Shown piece after piece: positions 36,321-47,497 of a DNA stretch of 64,000 nucleotides. Numbering within the stretch: position 1 is the stretch's first letter; each line of letters opens with the position of its first letter. The position numbers and the translations under genes are program-made. A model generated the notes under the pieces. That model did no database searches and was not told where the DNA came from. It worked only from the letters and a program-made list of their open reading frames with translations. Source of the stretch: Candidatus Poribacteria bacterium (GTDB taxonomy: Bacteria; Poribacteria; WGA-4E; WGA-3G); NCBI GenBank assembly GCA_965197475.1, contig CBDANF010000002.1, forward strand, positions 1,408,001-1,472,000. The letters run 5' to 3'.

Positions 36321-37694
36321 ATGGATCCACTCAAAATTGACTTTGACAAAGGCACCCTCATCCTACAGAACGTCCCAGAAGCACTCCAAACACAATTACC
36401 GGACATCCGTTGGGACGAACGTACCCTCACCTATCGCGCCCCTGCTTACCGTTATCGCCATATTGTCTCACAGCTGTGTGCACACGACATTTCATATCAA
36501 GATACAGCACGACAATTCACAGTCACACCCTTTACCAACCAAAAAACGGTATCACCCTACCCTTATCAGTCTGAAGCAATTGACGCATGGCATGCCAACG
36601 GCAAGCGCGGTGTTATCAGTCTCCCGACAGGTGCAGGTAAAACTTTCATCGCAATTCTGCTCATTGCAGAAACGCAACGTCCAACGCTTGTGCATGTGCC
36701 GACCATTGATTTAATGCATCAATGGTACGAAGTGCTGAAAGAACATTTTGGACAAGAGGTAGGGCTTTATGGCGGCGGACAACACGAATTACAAGACCTC
36801 ACCGTGACAACCTATCAATCTGCTGTCATGCATGCCCCGCACTACGGGAATCGGTTTGGTTTCGCCATTTTCGATGAATGCCACCATCTACCGGGAGACC
36901 AATATCAATACGCAGCGATCAGTAGCATTGCGCCTTTCCGTTTGGGGTTGACGGCTACCCCCGAACGTGTTGATGGAAAAGAGAGCAGGCTTTATGCCCT
37001 TGTCGGTGAATGTTGTTATGAGGCGAAGGTGCAGGAACTCTCTGGGAAAACGCTTTCACCATATCGTGTCGTCACGATTGCGGTTGATATGAAAGATACG
37101 GAACGGGTTCAATATGAGGAAGCAAGACGCACCTACTTAAACTTTCTGAAGCAAGCGAAAATCAATATGGGAACATCACGCGGATGGCAAACATTTTTGT
37201 GGAAATCCTCACAATCGGAAGTGGGACGCGCCGCTTTCAAAGCATATCTTACACAGAAGCAGCTCAGTTTCGCCTCCACCGCAAAACAGGAATGGGTGTG
37301 GAAACTAATTCAACGGCATCAAGGTGACCGAATCCTAATATTTACACAGGATAACGACACAGCGTATCAGCTCGGCACACGCTTTTTCCTGCCGGTCCTA
37401 ACGCATCAGACGAAACTGAAAGAACGAAACACTTTTTTGAACGGATTTCGCGATGGCACCTATTCTATCCTTGTCACCTCAAAAGTGCTGAATGAGGGGG
37501 TGGATGTGCCAGAAGCGAATGTCGCTATTATCGTTTCGGGAAGTGGCAGTGTCAGAGAGCATGTGCAACGGTTAGGGCGTATTCTCCGTAAGCAGGAAGG
37601 CAAACAGGCGGTACTTTACGAACTCATTTCCAAACAGACCAGCGAACACTTTGTCAACAAGCGGCGAAGACAACACCACGCATACCAAAAATAA
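36321..37694 (+). CDS. XPB/Rad25-like SF2 helicase
   Basis: LPTGAGKT, FDECHHL, LGLTATPER, VLNEGVDVP and QRLGRILR motifs. Confidence 0.92.
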   Translation: MDPLKIDFDKGTLILQNVPEALQTQLPDIRWDERTLTYRAPAYRYRHIVSQLCAHDISYQDTARQFTVTPFTNQKTVSPYPYQSEAIDAWHANGKRGVISLPTGAGKTFIAILLIAETQRPTLVHVPTIDLMHQWYEVLKEHFGQEVGLYGGGQHELQDLTVTTYQSAVMHAPHYGNRFGFAIFDECHHLPGDQYQYAAISSIAPFRLGLTATPERVDGKESRLYALVGECCYEAKVQELSGKTLSPYRVVTIAVDMKDTERVQYEEARRTYLNFLKQAKINMGTSRGWQTFLWKSSQSEVGRAAFKAYLTQKQLSFASTAKQEWVWKLIQRHQGDRILIFTQDNDTAYQLGTRFFLPVLTHQTKLKERNTFLNGFRDGTYSILVTSKVLNEGVDVPEANVAIIVSGSGSVREHVQRLGRILRKQEGKQAVLYELISKQTSEHFVNKRRRQHHAYQK

Positions 37695-37726
37695 AGTAGG
37701 CACACACTTTGTGCTGTCAAACCATT

Positions 37727-38974
37727 ATGCTTACCAAAGACCTACTCATATACAAAATTCAGAACGGACAAATCTATCCAAAATTTGTAGACCCCACCGA
37801 TAACGGATTGCTGGCGATTGCTGCGCAATTAATCGCTATTTTTGAAAAATCATCCGACAAGACACGTTCAACGTTATTAGAGGCAAGTAAACATATTATT
37901 GACAGTACACCGGGCATCCTTATAGTCAAGCGTGGATTTGAAAAACTGCTGTTGGATCGGACAGAATTTGATACCGCGCCTAACGAAGAACTCATTGCAT
38001 TTCGACAAAAACTTTTCATGGAAACGAGTCAATTACTTTCACAAGAGCAGTTTCAAGATTATGCGGACTACCAGCAGAAAGTTTCACAGATAGCAGGAAT
38101 CGAATCGCAATTACAGGGGGCGGAGTTAGGCGACAGACTTTATGCTGATTTGCCGAATTGTCAACCAGTGTTGTCTTTCAAAACACTTTCTGCTGAACAC
38201 CTACTTCACCGCTACAACACCGCGCAAGTGCAAGGGTTGCTCCTACATTGCAACACCCTCACATTAAACCTCACCGATTCCATGACCGCCGAATTGCGTC
38301 AGCTGTTTAAGTATATTAGATTTCATCAGCTTCTGTGCACTATTCGGAAAGGGAAATTCGAAAGCGAAGATTTATTTCAGATTACAGTGGACGGACCGCT
38401 CAACCTATTTTACAAAACGAAGCGGTACGGTATGAATTTAGCGAACTTCTTTGTTGCTGTGCTGCATCAATCCAAGTGGGAACTCACGGCGGATATTCAG
38501 TTTCGGAATAAACGGAGTTCTCGGTTATGCCTCAATGAGTCATGTGGGATAAAACCGATTTCACAACAATTTCTTGCCTATATTCCTGAAGATATTCAAC
38601 TTTTTCAGGCGATGCTCCGTAACAAAACGGATGACTGGCAGATCCGTCCTGGAAGTCAGTTTCTCCCTTTACCGGGAGATTTCTATTGTTTCCCAGATTA
38701 TCAATTGATTCATACCAATGGTGTGGAAGTAGCGATTGAATTATTTCACCCGTGGCACCAAGGACATCTCCTCGCCCGTCTTAACACGCTCGCTGAACAC
38801 ACTGATACACCCCTAATCCTCGGTGTTTCAAAGGAATTAGAGAAAAAACCGATGATCGCTGAGGCATTAGAGGCATCGGCATATTTCTCACGATTTGGCT
38901 TCACGTTCCGAGATATTCCGACAATGAGTGCATTGCTACCGATTCTGAATTCACTTATTGACATTGACCGTTAA
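37727..38974 (+). CDS. DUF790 (Bax1-like) endonuclease
   Basis: MLTKDLL N-terminus, LYADL, LLHRYN.AQVQGLL, DGPL.LF..T.RYG and PD...IELF motifs; adjacent to the XPB-like helicase. Confidence 0.85.
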   Translation: MLTKDLLIYKIQNGQIYPKFVDPTDNGLLAIAAQLIAIFEKSSDKTRSTLLEASKHIIDSTPGILIVKRGFEKLLLDRTEFDTAPNEELIAFRQKLFMETSQLLSQEQFQDYADYQQKVSQIAGIESQLQGAELGDRLYADLPNCQPVLSFKTLSAEHLLHRYNTAQVQGLLLHCNTLTLNLTDSMTAELRQLFKYIRFHQLLCTIRKGKFESEDLFQITVDGPLNLFYKTKRYGMNLANFFVAVLHQSKWELTADIQFRNKRSSRLCLNESCGIKPISQQFLAYIPEDIQLFQAMLRNKTDDWQIRPGSQFLPLPGDFYCFPDYQLIHTNGVEVAIELFHPWHQGHLLARLNTLAEHTDTPLILGVSKELEKKPMIAEALEASAYFSRFGFTFRDIPTMSALLPILNSLIDIDR

Positions 38975-39109
38975 GAAAACTACGAATTCAAGTTGAAGTA
39001 TCGCAATGCCATATCACACAATTGCTTTCAATAACTTTGTGTGTTATACTCTAAACATCTGGAAATACAAAGCTGAAATATTGTCAGACATTCTGGTGAG
39101 GCAGACACA

Positions 39110-40012
39110 ATGGCGCGAAACAAATGGAAAGATAGCGTTGTATATCTGGCTGTTTTGGGCTTTAGTTGGGTCTGTCGCATTATCCCCAGAAATTGGGCAA
39201 TGTATCTCGGTAGTGCTATTGGCGAACTTCTCTATCGGATTCTCAAAAAACGGAGACAGATTGCGCTCAATAACTTGCAAATAGCCTTTGGAGACGACAT
39301 AAAAGAAACACGCCGACATGAAATATGTAAAGCGAGTTTCATCAATTTCAGTAAAACAATAATTGAATTCATGCGTTTCCCGAAATTGGACGCAGAGAAT
39401 ATCTGGCGTGAAGTTAAAGTGCATGGTAGAGAACATCTCAATTCCACTTTGGCAGAAGGAAAAGGTGCGATTGTTTTTTTACCGCATTTTGGAAATTGGG
39501 AACTTCTCTCACTCATTTATGGTGCGCTCATCCCGAATCGAGCGAAAGCAATCGCTTTTCCGCTGAAAAACACACGATTGAATGCATACATTTGGCGTAA
39601 TCGTGAACTACTGAGTTTAGAATTAATTCCGCGAAAAAACGCGATTCGTTCAACCTTGCGTGCCCTTAAAAACAACGATGCAGTCGGTTTCTTTTCGGAT
39701 CAGAACGCCGGGGATCAAGGGGTATTCATCGATTTTTTTGGCAAACCTGCTTCTACGGCGCGGGGACCAGTGACACTCGCGCTTAAGACCGACACACCGA
39801 TCCTTTTTTCATTGGATATCCGACAACCAGATGACCGACACCACGTCCATATTTCCCCACCCATCCATTTAGAACCTTCTGATGATTTTGAGCGGGATGT
39901 TGAATTATACACAACCCTTTTAATGAAACAATTAGAAGAATACATTAAGAGATATCCGGAGCAGTGGCTTTGGATACACAATCGATGGAAAACACAACCA
40001 AATCCGAATTGA
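39110..40012 (+). CDS. Lipid A lauroyl/myristoyl acyltransferase family (LpxL/HtrB-like)
   Basis: HFGNWE, DQ, FFG and YPEQWLWIHNRWK motifs. Confidence 0.9.
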   Translation: MARNKWKDSVVYLAVLGFSWVCRIIPRNWAMYLGSAIGELLYRILKKRRQIALNNLQIAFGDDIKETRRHEICKASFINFSKTIIEFMRFPKLDAENIWREVKVHGREHLNSTLAEGKGAIVFLPHFGNWELLSLIYGALIPNRAKAIAFPLKNTRLNAYIWRNRELLSLELIPRKNAIRSTLRALKNNDAVGFFSDQNAGDQGVFIDFFGKPASTARGPVTLALKTDTPILFSLDIRQPDDRHHVHISPPIHLEPSDDFERDVELYTTLLMKQLEEYIKRYPEQWLWIHNRWKTQPNPN

Positions 40013-40158
40013 CAGGAAAAAGAAAAAGTCGCTATCAGGCGGCATAGGGCTTTTCGTAAATTTGCGTTGCACTAATGTAGGAATTGTGTTAAAATACACA
40101 GACGCAAAAATACAGTCTGTGAACATTGAACCGAATTTAACCGCAGTGGGGTACTCTC

Positions 40159-41703
40159 ATGAAAAGATTCACTTTGTCCTTCATCGTTTTAGTTATCGCT
40201 ATCGGGCTCCCGTTGCTTATTATTCACTCCAGTGAAAAATATGCGACGAGTGATGATGAACAAATCACCCAGACGCTGAATAAAGCACTCACGAAAGCTA
40301 TTGACACCGCCGAAGAAAATTACTATAAACCGATAGATAGAAATGCAATGTATCAAGGGGCAATCAAAGGCGCACTCGCTGCAATTGGTGATCCATATAC
40401 CTATCTTCTATCAGAGCGCGACCATCAACGTTCTGTCGAAAATCTATACAATGCTAATTTCGGTGGACTCGGAGTACAGATTTACCCCGATCATCGCGGT
40501 TTTATAAAAATATCTAAGCCAATACCGGGCACCCCCGCAGATTCGGCGCATCTACAAGCGGGCGATTACATCACTAAAGTTGATGGGAAGCAAATTTATT
40601 TGGGTGAAAGAACAGGTATGACTCTGGACGATGTGGTTGATTTACTTCGTGGGACTGTGGATTCTGATGTCACAATTACCGTGCAACGTAAGTTCCTTGA
40701 GCCGTTTGATGTGAAACTGACCCGAGCCAAAATTTCAGTACCGAGTGTTACAACTACAATGTTGGATGACGGAATCGGTTATATCCAAATCACCAAATTC
40801 ATCGGAACAGATCGGGTTGGCGGCACAGAGGAACAATTCAACAAAGCACTCGCAGCACATAAAGAAGCTGGAATGAAGGCACTAATTTTGGATTTACGAA
40901 GCAATCAGGGTGGGTTACTTGACGCTGCTTATCACATTGCCGATGCATTCATCAACCAAGGCGTTATCGTCTCAACAAAGGGTAGAAAAAACGAGTTTGA
41001 TGAGGAATATCCTGCTCACCCCGAAATTCTGTGTGATCCAAAGATTCCGCTTGTAGTCCTCGTTGATGAATACAGCGCAAGTGCTTCAGAAATTGTTGCT
41101 GGTGCAATTAAGGATACCGGTCGTGGCATCCTGGTTGGCACCCAAACCTACGGAAAAGGTGTTGTCCAAAAAAGATATCCTTTGACAGGTATCGGAGCAA
41201 TCTCACTCACCATCTCATCTTATTATACACCTAACGGGACCTCAATAGACAAATCGGGAATCACGCCACACGTCCCTGTCACTGAACAGCAACCTGAAAG
41301 AATCGAACAGATGATGCAGCGGCTTGTCGCAGAAAAAAATGCTGTTGAGAATTTTGTTACTAATTGGATTGAAACAGAGGTCAAACGTACTAGGGAAATC
41401 CCTAAGGATTTCGGAGGGCTTGAGGCAGAACTACCACAATTTAGGCAAAAACTTGCAGACGATGGATTCCGTGTTAGTTTACGATGGTTGACAATACGCG
41501 CTGAACAACTGTTTAACATCCATGTTGGTATTGAGCGGATTGTGAATTTAAAACATGATACACAACTGCTGGAAGCAATTCGTATCATTAAGGCAGATGA
41601 GGTAGGAAAGACTATTCAGTTATACCGGACCATTGATCAGCTGTTGAAGTTTATGGGACAAGAATTGCAAGCCCTGGCACACGCTTCTGGACACAAAAAT
41701 TGA
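40159..41703 (+). CDS. S41 C-terminal processing peptidase
   Basis: DPY, PDZ domain, LDLRSNQGGLL, SASASEI and TYGKGVVQ motifs. Confidence 0.93.
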   Translation: MKRFTLSFIVLVIAIGLPLLIIHSSEKYATSDDEQITQTLNKALTKAIDTAEENYYKPIDRNAMYQGAIKGALAAIGDPYTYLLSERDHQRSVENLYNANFGGLGVQIYPDHRGFIKISKPIPGTPADSAHLQAGDYITKVDGKQIYLGERTGMTLDDVVDLLRGTVDSDVTITVQRKFLEPFDVKLTRAKISVPSVTTTMLDDGIGYIQITKFIGTDRVGGTEEQFNKALAAHKEAGMKALILDLRSNQGGLLDAAYHIADAFINQGVIVSTKGRKNEFDEEYPAHPEILCDPKIPLVVLVDEYSASASEIVAGAIKDTGRGILVGTQTYGKGVVQKRYPLTGIGAISLTISSYYTPNGTSIDKSGITPHVPVTEQQPERIEQMMQRLVAEKNAVENFVTNWIETEVKRTREIPKDFGGLEAELPQFRQKLADDGFRVSLRWLTIRAEQLFNIHVGIERIVNLKHDTQLLEAIRIIKADEVGKTIQLYRTIDQLLKFMGQELQALAHASGHKN

Positions 41704-41706
41704 AAC

Positions 41707-41799
41707 TATAGTAGATCTGTAATTATTGGGACATCATTAACAGCGCGCTTGAAAAGCGTGCCTACCGAGAAAGATCCACATATTTCAAATTTGACTATA
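41707..41799. mobile_element. MITE with TATAGT...ACTATA (IS630-like) ends
   Basis: Imperfect terminal inverted repeats; shares TTAACAGCGCGCTT with the 6405-6668 element. Confidence 0.55.
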
Positions 41800-41864
41800 T
41801 GCTAATTACGGTAGTAACTTGAAACATGCATTTCCGCTGAATTTGATCCCCTTGCAAAAAATTA

Positions 41865-43796
41865 ATGAATCAGCAACCCTTGCATCCTACCGGGGTAATC
41901 ACCAAAAAAGCGATAATTGTTGGCTTAATCCTCGTCATCGTTAATGCATACTGGGTCGGAATAGCCAGTGAACTCTGGTACGCAGTCTACACACTTGTTT
42001 CCCCTTTTTCTAATGCGGTTTTTACGCTGGTAGTGCTACTCGCGCTGAATGTTATCCTCCGTAAAATCTCATCACGTTTCGCTTTCACACCCGCCGAACT
42101 CTTACTAATCTATATTATGGTGACGATGGTCTCCACCATTTCTGGACATGCGATGATGGCAATCCTGATGGGGATTTTGGCACACCCTTTCTGGTTCGCG
42201 AGCACCGAAAATGAGTGGGCACAACTCTTTTTGCACCATATTCCTCAATGGCTTACGGTGCATGAACCCGAATGGTTAGCTGGTTATTATGAGGGTGAAT
42301 CAAGCATCTATTTATCGGAGCATCTCCGTGTATGGACAAAGCCAGTTCTTATCTGGTCAAGCTTTATCTTTCTTCTTTATGGATCGTTGCTCTGTTTGGG
42401 ACTGCTGCTTCGGAAACAGTGGATGGAACGGGAAAAATTAAGTTTTCCATTAACACAGTTGCCATTACAAATGACAACGAACCGTAGTTTTTTCAGTTCG
42501 CGTGCGCTTTGGATAGGGTTCGGAATTGCTGCCCTGCTCCGCGTACTGGCAGGCTTGCATGACCTATTTCCTATAATACCAGCATTTCCATCAAGTTACC
42601 GACTTGATAGACATCTTACAGACAAACCGTGGAATGCTGTCGGCTATGTCTCTATGTCCTTCAACCTCGCTATTGTTGGATTGACCTATTTTATGCCGCT
42701 TGACCTCGCATTCTCCACGTGGTTTTTCTTTTGGCTTACACGCGCAGAACGGGTGATTGCGAGTGCCGTAGGCTTATCGAATATCAGCAAACTTCACCTT
42801 AATGACCGCGCATCGGGGGCTTGGATTGGTATTGCTGTGCTGACTTTATGGATGGGGCGCAGACATCTCATTAGGTTTTTCAAACATGTTGCGGGGATTG
42901 AACGAGGCGATGATGCAAGCGAACCTCTCTCCTATAGAACCACAGCAGTTCTTGCTATTCTCAGCGTAGGCGCAGTGTTTGCTTTCTGCTATATTGCCGG
43001 AATGTCGTTATGGGTTATTGGTATCTTTTACATGCTATTCGTAGCGTTCGCCTTAGCAATCGGACGCGTTCGTGCTGAATTGGGACCGCCTTATCATGAG
43101 GTGATTGGCATTAATCCGCGCCAAATGATGGTGAATACATTTGGTTCACGCAGCTTGGGCGCAGCAAACCTCACCGTGATGACATTCCTATACGCTTTCA
43201 ACCGTTGCAACCGTTCACATCCGATGCCGAACCAGATTGAATCGCTCCGAATTGGGGATCAGGCAAAGATTCCCGGCAAAACTTTGCTTTTAAGCATGGC
43301 ACTTGCTATCGGTGTTGGAGCACTTGCCACGTTTTGGACATATCTGCAGGTGGCTTATAACTACGGTGTGCTTGCACGGTGTCAAGGTCATGTTGGGCAT
43401 TTTGGATGGGAGAGTTTTAATCCGCTGCAAAGTTGGTTACAACATCCAAAGGAGGCGAATGTGAGTGCGATTGCATTTATGGGAGCAGGTTTCGGTTTTG
43501 TCTTCCTACTCAATTTTTTGCGCACCCGTCTCCTATGGTGGACACTGCACCCATCAGGGTACGTTCTTTCCGGTGCTTCGTGGGGCGGTCTCATCTACTT
43601 TTGGTTTCCTGTTATGGTCAGTTGGTTTATTAAGTTCATGATTTTGCGATTCTCAGGCTGGCAAACCTATCGCAAGGCAATACCATTTTTCCTCGGATTG
43701 GTTTTAGGCGATTTTGTGCCGCGAAGCGTCCTGAGTTTAATTAGTTTTGCGATGAATCTCTATATGCCCTCTTCTGGCGCAGGGCATTCCCTTTAG
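41865..43796 (+). CDS. Polytopic membrane protein, DUF6785/DUF6784-like putative transporter
   Basis: Many TM segments; ELLLIY, RKQW..REKLSFPL, RAELG, WW.LHP.GY and PFFLGLVLGD motifs. Confidence 0.7.
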   Translation: MNQQPLHPTGVITKKAIIVGLILVIVNAYWVGIASELWYAVYTLVSPFSNAVFTLVVLLALNVILRKISSRFAFTPAELLLIYIMVTMVSTISGHAMMAILMGILAHPFWFASTENEWAQLFLHHIPQWLTVHEPEWLAGYYEGESSIYLSEHLRVWTKPVLIWSSFIFLLYGSLLCLGLLLRKQWMEREKLSFPLTQLPLQMTTNRSFFSSRALWIGFGIAALLRVLAGLHDLFPIIPAFPSSYRLDRHLTDKPWNAVGYVSMSFNLAIVGLTYFMPLDLAFSTWFFFWLTRAERVIASAVGLSNISKLHLNDRASGAWIGIAVLTLWMGRRHLIRFFKHVAGIERGDDASEPLSYRTTAVLAILSVGAVFAFCYIAGMSLWVIGIFYMLFVAFALAIGRVRAELGPPYHEVIGINPRQMMVNTFGSRSLGAANLTVMTFLYAFNRCNRSHPMPNQIESLRIGDQAKIPGKTLLLSMALAIGVGALATFWTYLQVAYNYGVLARCQGHVGHFGWESFNPLQSWLQHPKEANVSAIAFMGAGFGFVFLLNFLRTRLLWWTLHPSGYVLSGASWGGLIYFWFPVMVSWFIKFMILRFSGWQTYRKAIPFFLGLVLGDFVPRSVLSLISFAMNLYMPSSGAGHSL

Positions 43797-43822
43797 CCCT
43801 AAAAGTACGCTATAATGGAAAT

Positions 43823-44866
43823 ATGATATCACTATTAACTGTCAAATCCATAACAAAACAGTTTGCAGCAACACCTATTGTGACGGATGTTAGTTTTGAG
43901 GTCTATCCGGGGGAAATCTTTGCGCTTTTAGGTGCCAGCGGTTGTGGAAAGACAACCACTTTGCGCTTAATTGCAGGATTTGAAAAAGCGGATGCTGGCA
44001 CAATTTCAATGGCAGATCGCGTTCTTGAAGACGAGGAGATACACATTCCGCCAGAATCACGTGAAATAGGGTTTGTCTTTCAAGATTATGCGCTTTTTCC
44101 TGACAAAAATGTTCTGGAAAATGCAGCCTTCGGACTTAGTCGGAAAATGCCGAAAAAAGAACGGCACAAGAGTGCTTTGGATACCCTTGAGCGAGTGGGC
44201 ATCGCGCACCTACACGCACGGATGCCGCATCATCTCTCATGCGGTGAACAGCAACGGGTCGCTTTAGCGCGTTCACTTGCAACGCAACCGAAGCTGCTAC
44301 TATTAGACGAACCTTTTTCAAGTCTTGATGCTGGGCTACGTCAGGCAACGCGGGAAGAGGTGCGAGGTTTGTTAAAAGCCGCTGGGATTAGCGTAGTTTT
44401 GGTGACCCACGATCAAGAAGAAGCGTTGAGTTTTGCCAAAAGGGTTGCCGTAATGAACAACGGCACGATTGAACAGATTGGCACTCCTGAAGATGTATAC
44501 CGACACCCAAAAACTGTATATGTCGCGAATTTTTTGGGAAAAACGAATATCATTGAAACAGACATCAGAAACGGTGTTGCTGAAACGCCCTTCGGATCGT
44601 TGGAGATAGATTTTCCAGACACAACGCAGGCTCTTCTCTCAATCCGTCCGGAACATTTTACTATAGAGAAATATGTCTCCGATTCCAGCGATGGAAGCTC
44701 TGGACGTATCGTTGCCCGAGAATTCAAAGGACATGATTTTACCTACCGTGTTGAGGTAGAAGGTAAACCTTATTTCGTTCAAACTGACTATCAGCGGCAC
44801 TTCCAAGTAGGCGATGCCGTTACATTAAAACCGATTGAAGCGGTTATTATTAAGGACAAAGACTGA
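43823..44866 (+). CDS. ABC transporter ATP-binding protein (FbpC/PotA-like)
   Basis: GASGCGKT, VFQDYALF, LSCGEQQR, LLDEPF and a TOBE-like C-terminus. Confidence 0.92.
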   Translation: MISLLTVKSITKQFAATPIVTDVSFEVYPGEIFALLGASGCGKTTTLRLIAGFEKADAGTISMADRVLEDEEIHIPPESREIGFVFQDYALFPDKNVLENAAFGLSRKMPKKERHKSALDTLERVGIAHLHARMPHHLSCGEQQRVALARSLATQPKLLLLDEPFSSLDAGLRQATREEVRGLLKAAGISVVLVTHDQEEALSFAKRVAVMNNGTIEQIGTPEDVYRHPKTVYVANFLGKTNIIETDIRNGVAETPFGSLEIDFPDTTQALLSIRPEHFTIEKYVSDSSDGSSGRIVAREFKGHDFTYRVEVEGKPYFVQTDYQRHFQVGDAVTLKPIEAVIIKDKD

Positions 44867-44867
44867 T

Positions 44868-45046
44868 TTCGCTTTTTGTTAGCGGTTTTTGAGGGATTTT
44901 TATAAAAAATGAACTTTTAACTTGATTTTTTTTTTGCAATTTTGTATATTTTATGTTAATCGTATAAAAGCACCTATTTACAAAGGTGTCATGACAAAAT
45001 GTGATGGGAATTTGATCTATTTTCTAATCAAATTTGGAGGTGTAAA
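44868..45046 (+). promoter_or_regulatory. Array promoter module P1 (copies at about 48455-48540, 50517-50714, 53097-53274, 54110-54288)
   Basis: TTGATT-polyT-GCAATTTTG-TATA(A/T)T, inverted repeats GACACCT/AGGTGTC and AATTTGAT/ATCAAATT, and RBS GGAGG. Confidence 0.75.
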
Positions 45047-45787
45047 ATGATTCGGGATATTCTAATCAACAGATGGTTTCTCGGCGGATGCGGATTCCTG
45101 ATCCTTCTCTCAATTGGCTGCTACTTCTGGTATCAGAACTATATAGAACCTTACCGCATAGATGCAGCAGCGTCTGCCGAGATGCTCCGTCAATGGGAAC
45201 AATACAAAACTGTGAAGAAAAACTTCCGTAAGGAAAACGGCCAGACACCAAAAGAGGGTGAACCGGATGTTTCCGATGAAACTGCTAAAGAGAACAACAT
45301 TATAGCGGAAACAGAGAATGTTCCTGAAGTAGAAAACATTGCGAAAGTTAGTGTATCCCCTCACGGATTTGGACCTTATCCTGAATTACCTGAAGAATGG
45401 AAAGCAGCAGTTGCAAGACGGGGCGAACCCTTTTTTTGGGACCCCAAAGACCCTAACGGGGAATTGATGCTACGCGTGCAGGCAAAACTTTTGCACCAAG
45501 GCATACCCGCCGTAGGTTCAATGATGGATAACGATAACGGTTTAGTATACCCGATAATCAAAGGTATCCGATATGTTGAATTTGAGTGGTCCGGTTTTCG
45601 GAGATATATCACAACCTCAATCGGCACACCTGAGGATGGTAACCGCCTACGCGCCATCAAAAAAGCGATAGGGCGGCCTCTAACTGCAGCAGACGTGCCA
45701 CCAGACATCATACTGGTACCTTACGAAGAAGCAGGAATTGACCCGTATACATTTTTAGATTTACCAGGGCTTACGCAAATTGAGTAG
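45047..45787 (+). CDS. Array family A membrane-anchored protein A1 (C-terminus altered by a MITE)
   Basis: MIRDIL.N.WFLGGCGF TM anchor, VSPHGFGPYPELP and GIDPYTFLDLP motifs. Confidence 0.8.
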   Translation: MIRDILINRWFLGGCGFLILLSIGCYFWYQNYIEPYRIDAAASAEMLRQWEQYKTVKKNFRKENGQTPKEGEPDVSDETAKENNIIAETENVPEVENIAKVSVSPHGFGPYPELPEEWKAAVARRGEPFFWDPKDPNGELMLRVQAKLLHQGIPAVGSMMDNDNGLVYPIIKGIRYVEFEWSGFRRYITTSIGTPEDGNRLRAIKKAIGRPLTAADVPPDIILVPYEEAGIDPYTFLDLPGLTQIE

Positions 45788-45884
45788 AAAAAGGACATAT
45801 TGGACTTAAAAAGTCGTTATTTCGGTATTTTAACCCCTAAATCCCCCTCATCAAGGGGACTTTTGAATCTATTGCGTAATCCTA
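45765..45884. mobile_element. MITE (AGGACTTACGCA family)
   Basis: Same terminal repeats and body as 28253-28353; flanked by ATTTAC. Confidence 0.75.
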
Positions 45885-45937
45885 ATTTACTATAAAGTGA
45901 ATTCGATCTATTCTCTAATCAAATTTGGAGGTATAAG

Positions 45938-46660
45938 ATGATTCGTGATACCTTAACCAACAGACGGTTCCTCGGCGGATGCGGATTCTTGATCCTTCTC
46001 TCAATTGGCTGCTACTTCTGGTATCAGAACTATATAGAACCTTACCGCATAGATGCAGCAGCATCCGAGGAGATGCTCCACCAATGGGAAACAACCCAAA
46101 AAGCATCGGACGCATCAAACACCGATTCTATCAAAACCGAGACTACTAACAGGTCATCTAATTCTACCAACCCTGTGTCAGAAAACATAGACAACAGTCC
46201 GTCACAAAAGGCTGCGTCGGTGGCGAAAACGGGCACAGACGTTCCAGTTTCACCTTACGGATTTGGTCCCTATCCTGAAGTACCCTCAGATTTCCCGGGT
46301 ATCATCAGTTGGAACGATCCCGAAGGTCAAGCAAACCTGCCTGATCATGCGAATAAAAACATTGAACTCATAGAAAGAGTTCTTATAAAGTTATGGAAAC
46401 AAGGCGATAAAAGTTTCCGCGGTGGAAGTACCTATAATGGCAAAGTTTATCCTCATTATAATAACACTGTTTATGTCCTTTACGACGAGTATGAATTACC
46501 GGATGGGACAATGCAACGGTATCCTGCGTACGCAAAATCAGGACCTCAGGTTATTTACAGCACGGCGGACCTTTTAAACCCACCAGCTCACCTTCGTATT
46601 TTAGACTTAGATTCTTCTGGGATTGATCCATATCAATTCCTAAATCTACCTCAAGATTAG
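45938..46660 (+). CDS. Array family A protein A2
   Basis: Same anchor and motifs as A1, different variable domain. Confidence 0.8.
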   Translation: MIRDTLTNRRFLGGCGFLILLSIGCYFWYQNYIEPYRIDAAASEEMLHQWETTQKASDASNTDSIKTETTNRSSNSTNPVSENIDNSPSQKAASVAKTGTDVPVSPYGFGPYPEVPSDFPGIISWNDPEGQANLPDHANKNIELIERVLIKLWKQGDKSFRGGSTYNGKVYPHYNNTVYVLYDEYELPDGTMQRYPAYAKSGPQVIYSTADLLNPPAHLRILDLDSSGIDPYQFLNLPQD

Positions 46661-46669
46661 GAGAAAAAA

Positions 46670-47416
46670 ATGCATATATTCTATACTACAAGAAGTAACA
46701 CCGTTAGACTTTGTTGTCTGACTCTTTTGGTAATATTTGTTGCCGTAGTTTTGTTTACGCTTCAAGGTGAAACAGAAGATTTTCCTTCAAACGATGAAAT
46801 CCCAGCAAGTATATACGGGGATAGCCATGGAAATAAAGAACTGTTACCCATGCGTGTCGGAAAAGTTTTTTGGTCACGTACATACGTTCACTGCCATGCA
46901 CTTGCTTATGCTCACTGGAGCCGCCGCGGTTTTCATGACGTTCAGGCATATACAGGCCGAGCTGATATGGGTCGGTTTCCTTTTATTAGAAAACATAGAG
47001 ATAAGAAGACAGCTTATTTTAGGAATGGGTGTCGGGCAATCGCAGATCTTGACGTATCCTACCATCTAATAGGGCCCAATAAGGTGCAGTGGATTGCCTC
47101 GTATCGTATTTGGGATCAAACAGGCGCAAAAATTGGACAGGTAAACCGCCAAGGGTTAGGTTATCCCCTTGAAGACGATATGAATCTTCCTGAAGGGGAC
47201 ATGGGTGATGCAGGAGGTAGTGGCAACGTTAGATTAGCCACAACTACAGGATACGAAGTCACTGCAGGAACTGCACACGAAGCGAGTATTACCACAGATG
47301 CACCGTATTATTCAATTATTTGGTCTATAACAAGTCCAGGTCAAACCGAACCAGATACGGTTGCAGAAACCGACCAGGGAGACGGAACTACAACAGAGGC
47401 GAAGACGATGATTTAA
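46670..47416 (+). pseudogene. Array family B secreted protein B1, truncated by fusion to an A-gene 3' fragment
   Basis: Signal peptide, variable N-domain, then TAGTAHEASITTDAPY repeat; switches to A8-identical DNA at CAACAGAGGCGA (about 47391). Confidence 0.7.
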
Positions 47417-47497
47417 CTGAGGCAGATATACCACCGGATATCAAATTGGTCCCTTACGAAGAAGCTGGAATTGACCCATATACATTTTTAGATTTAC

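Noticed and set aside
44232-44255. Altered ABC signature (LSCGEQ)
   Set aside because: A single substitution with the other motifs intact; too little to call it inactive or novel.
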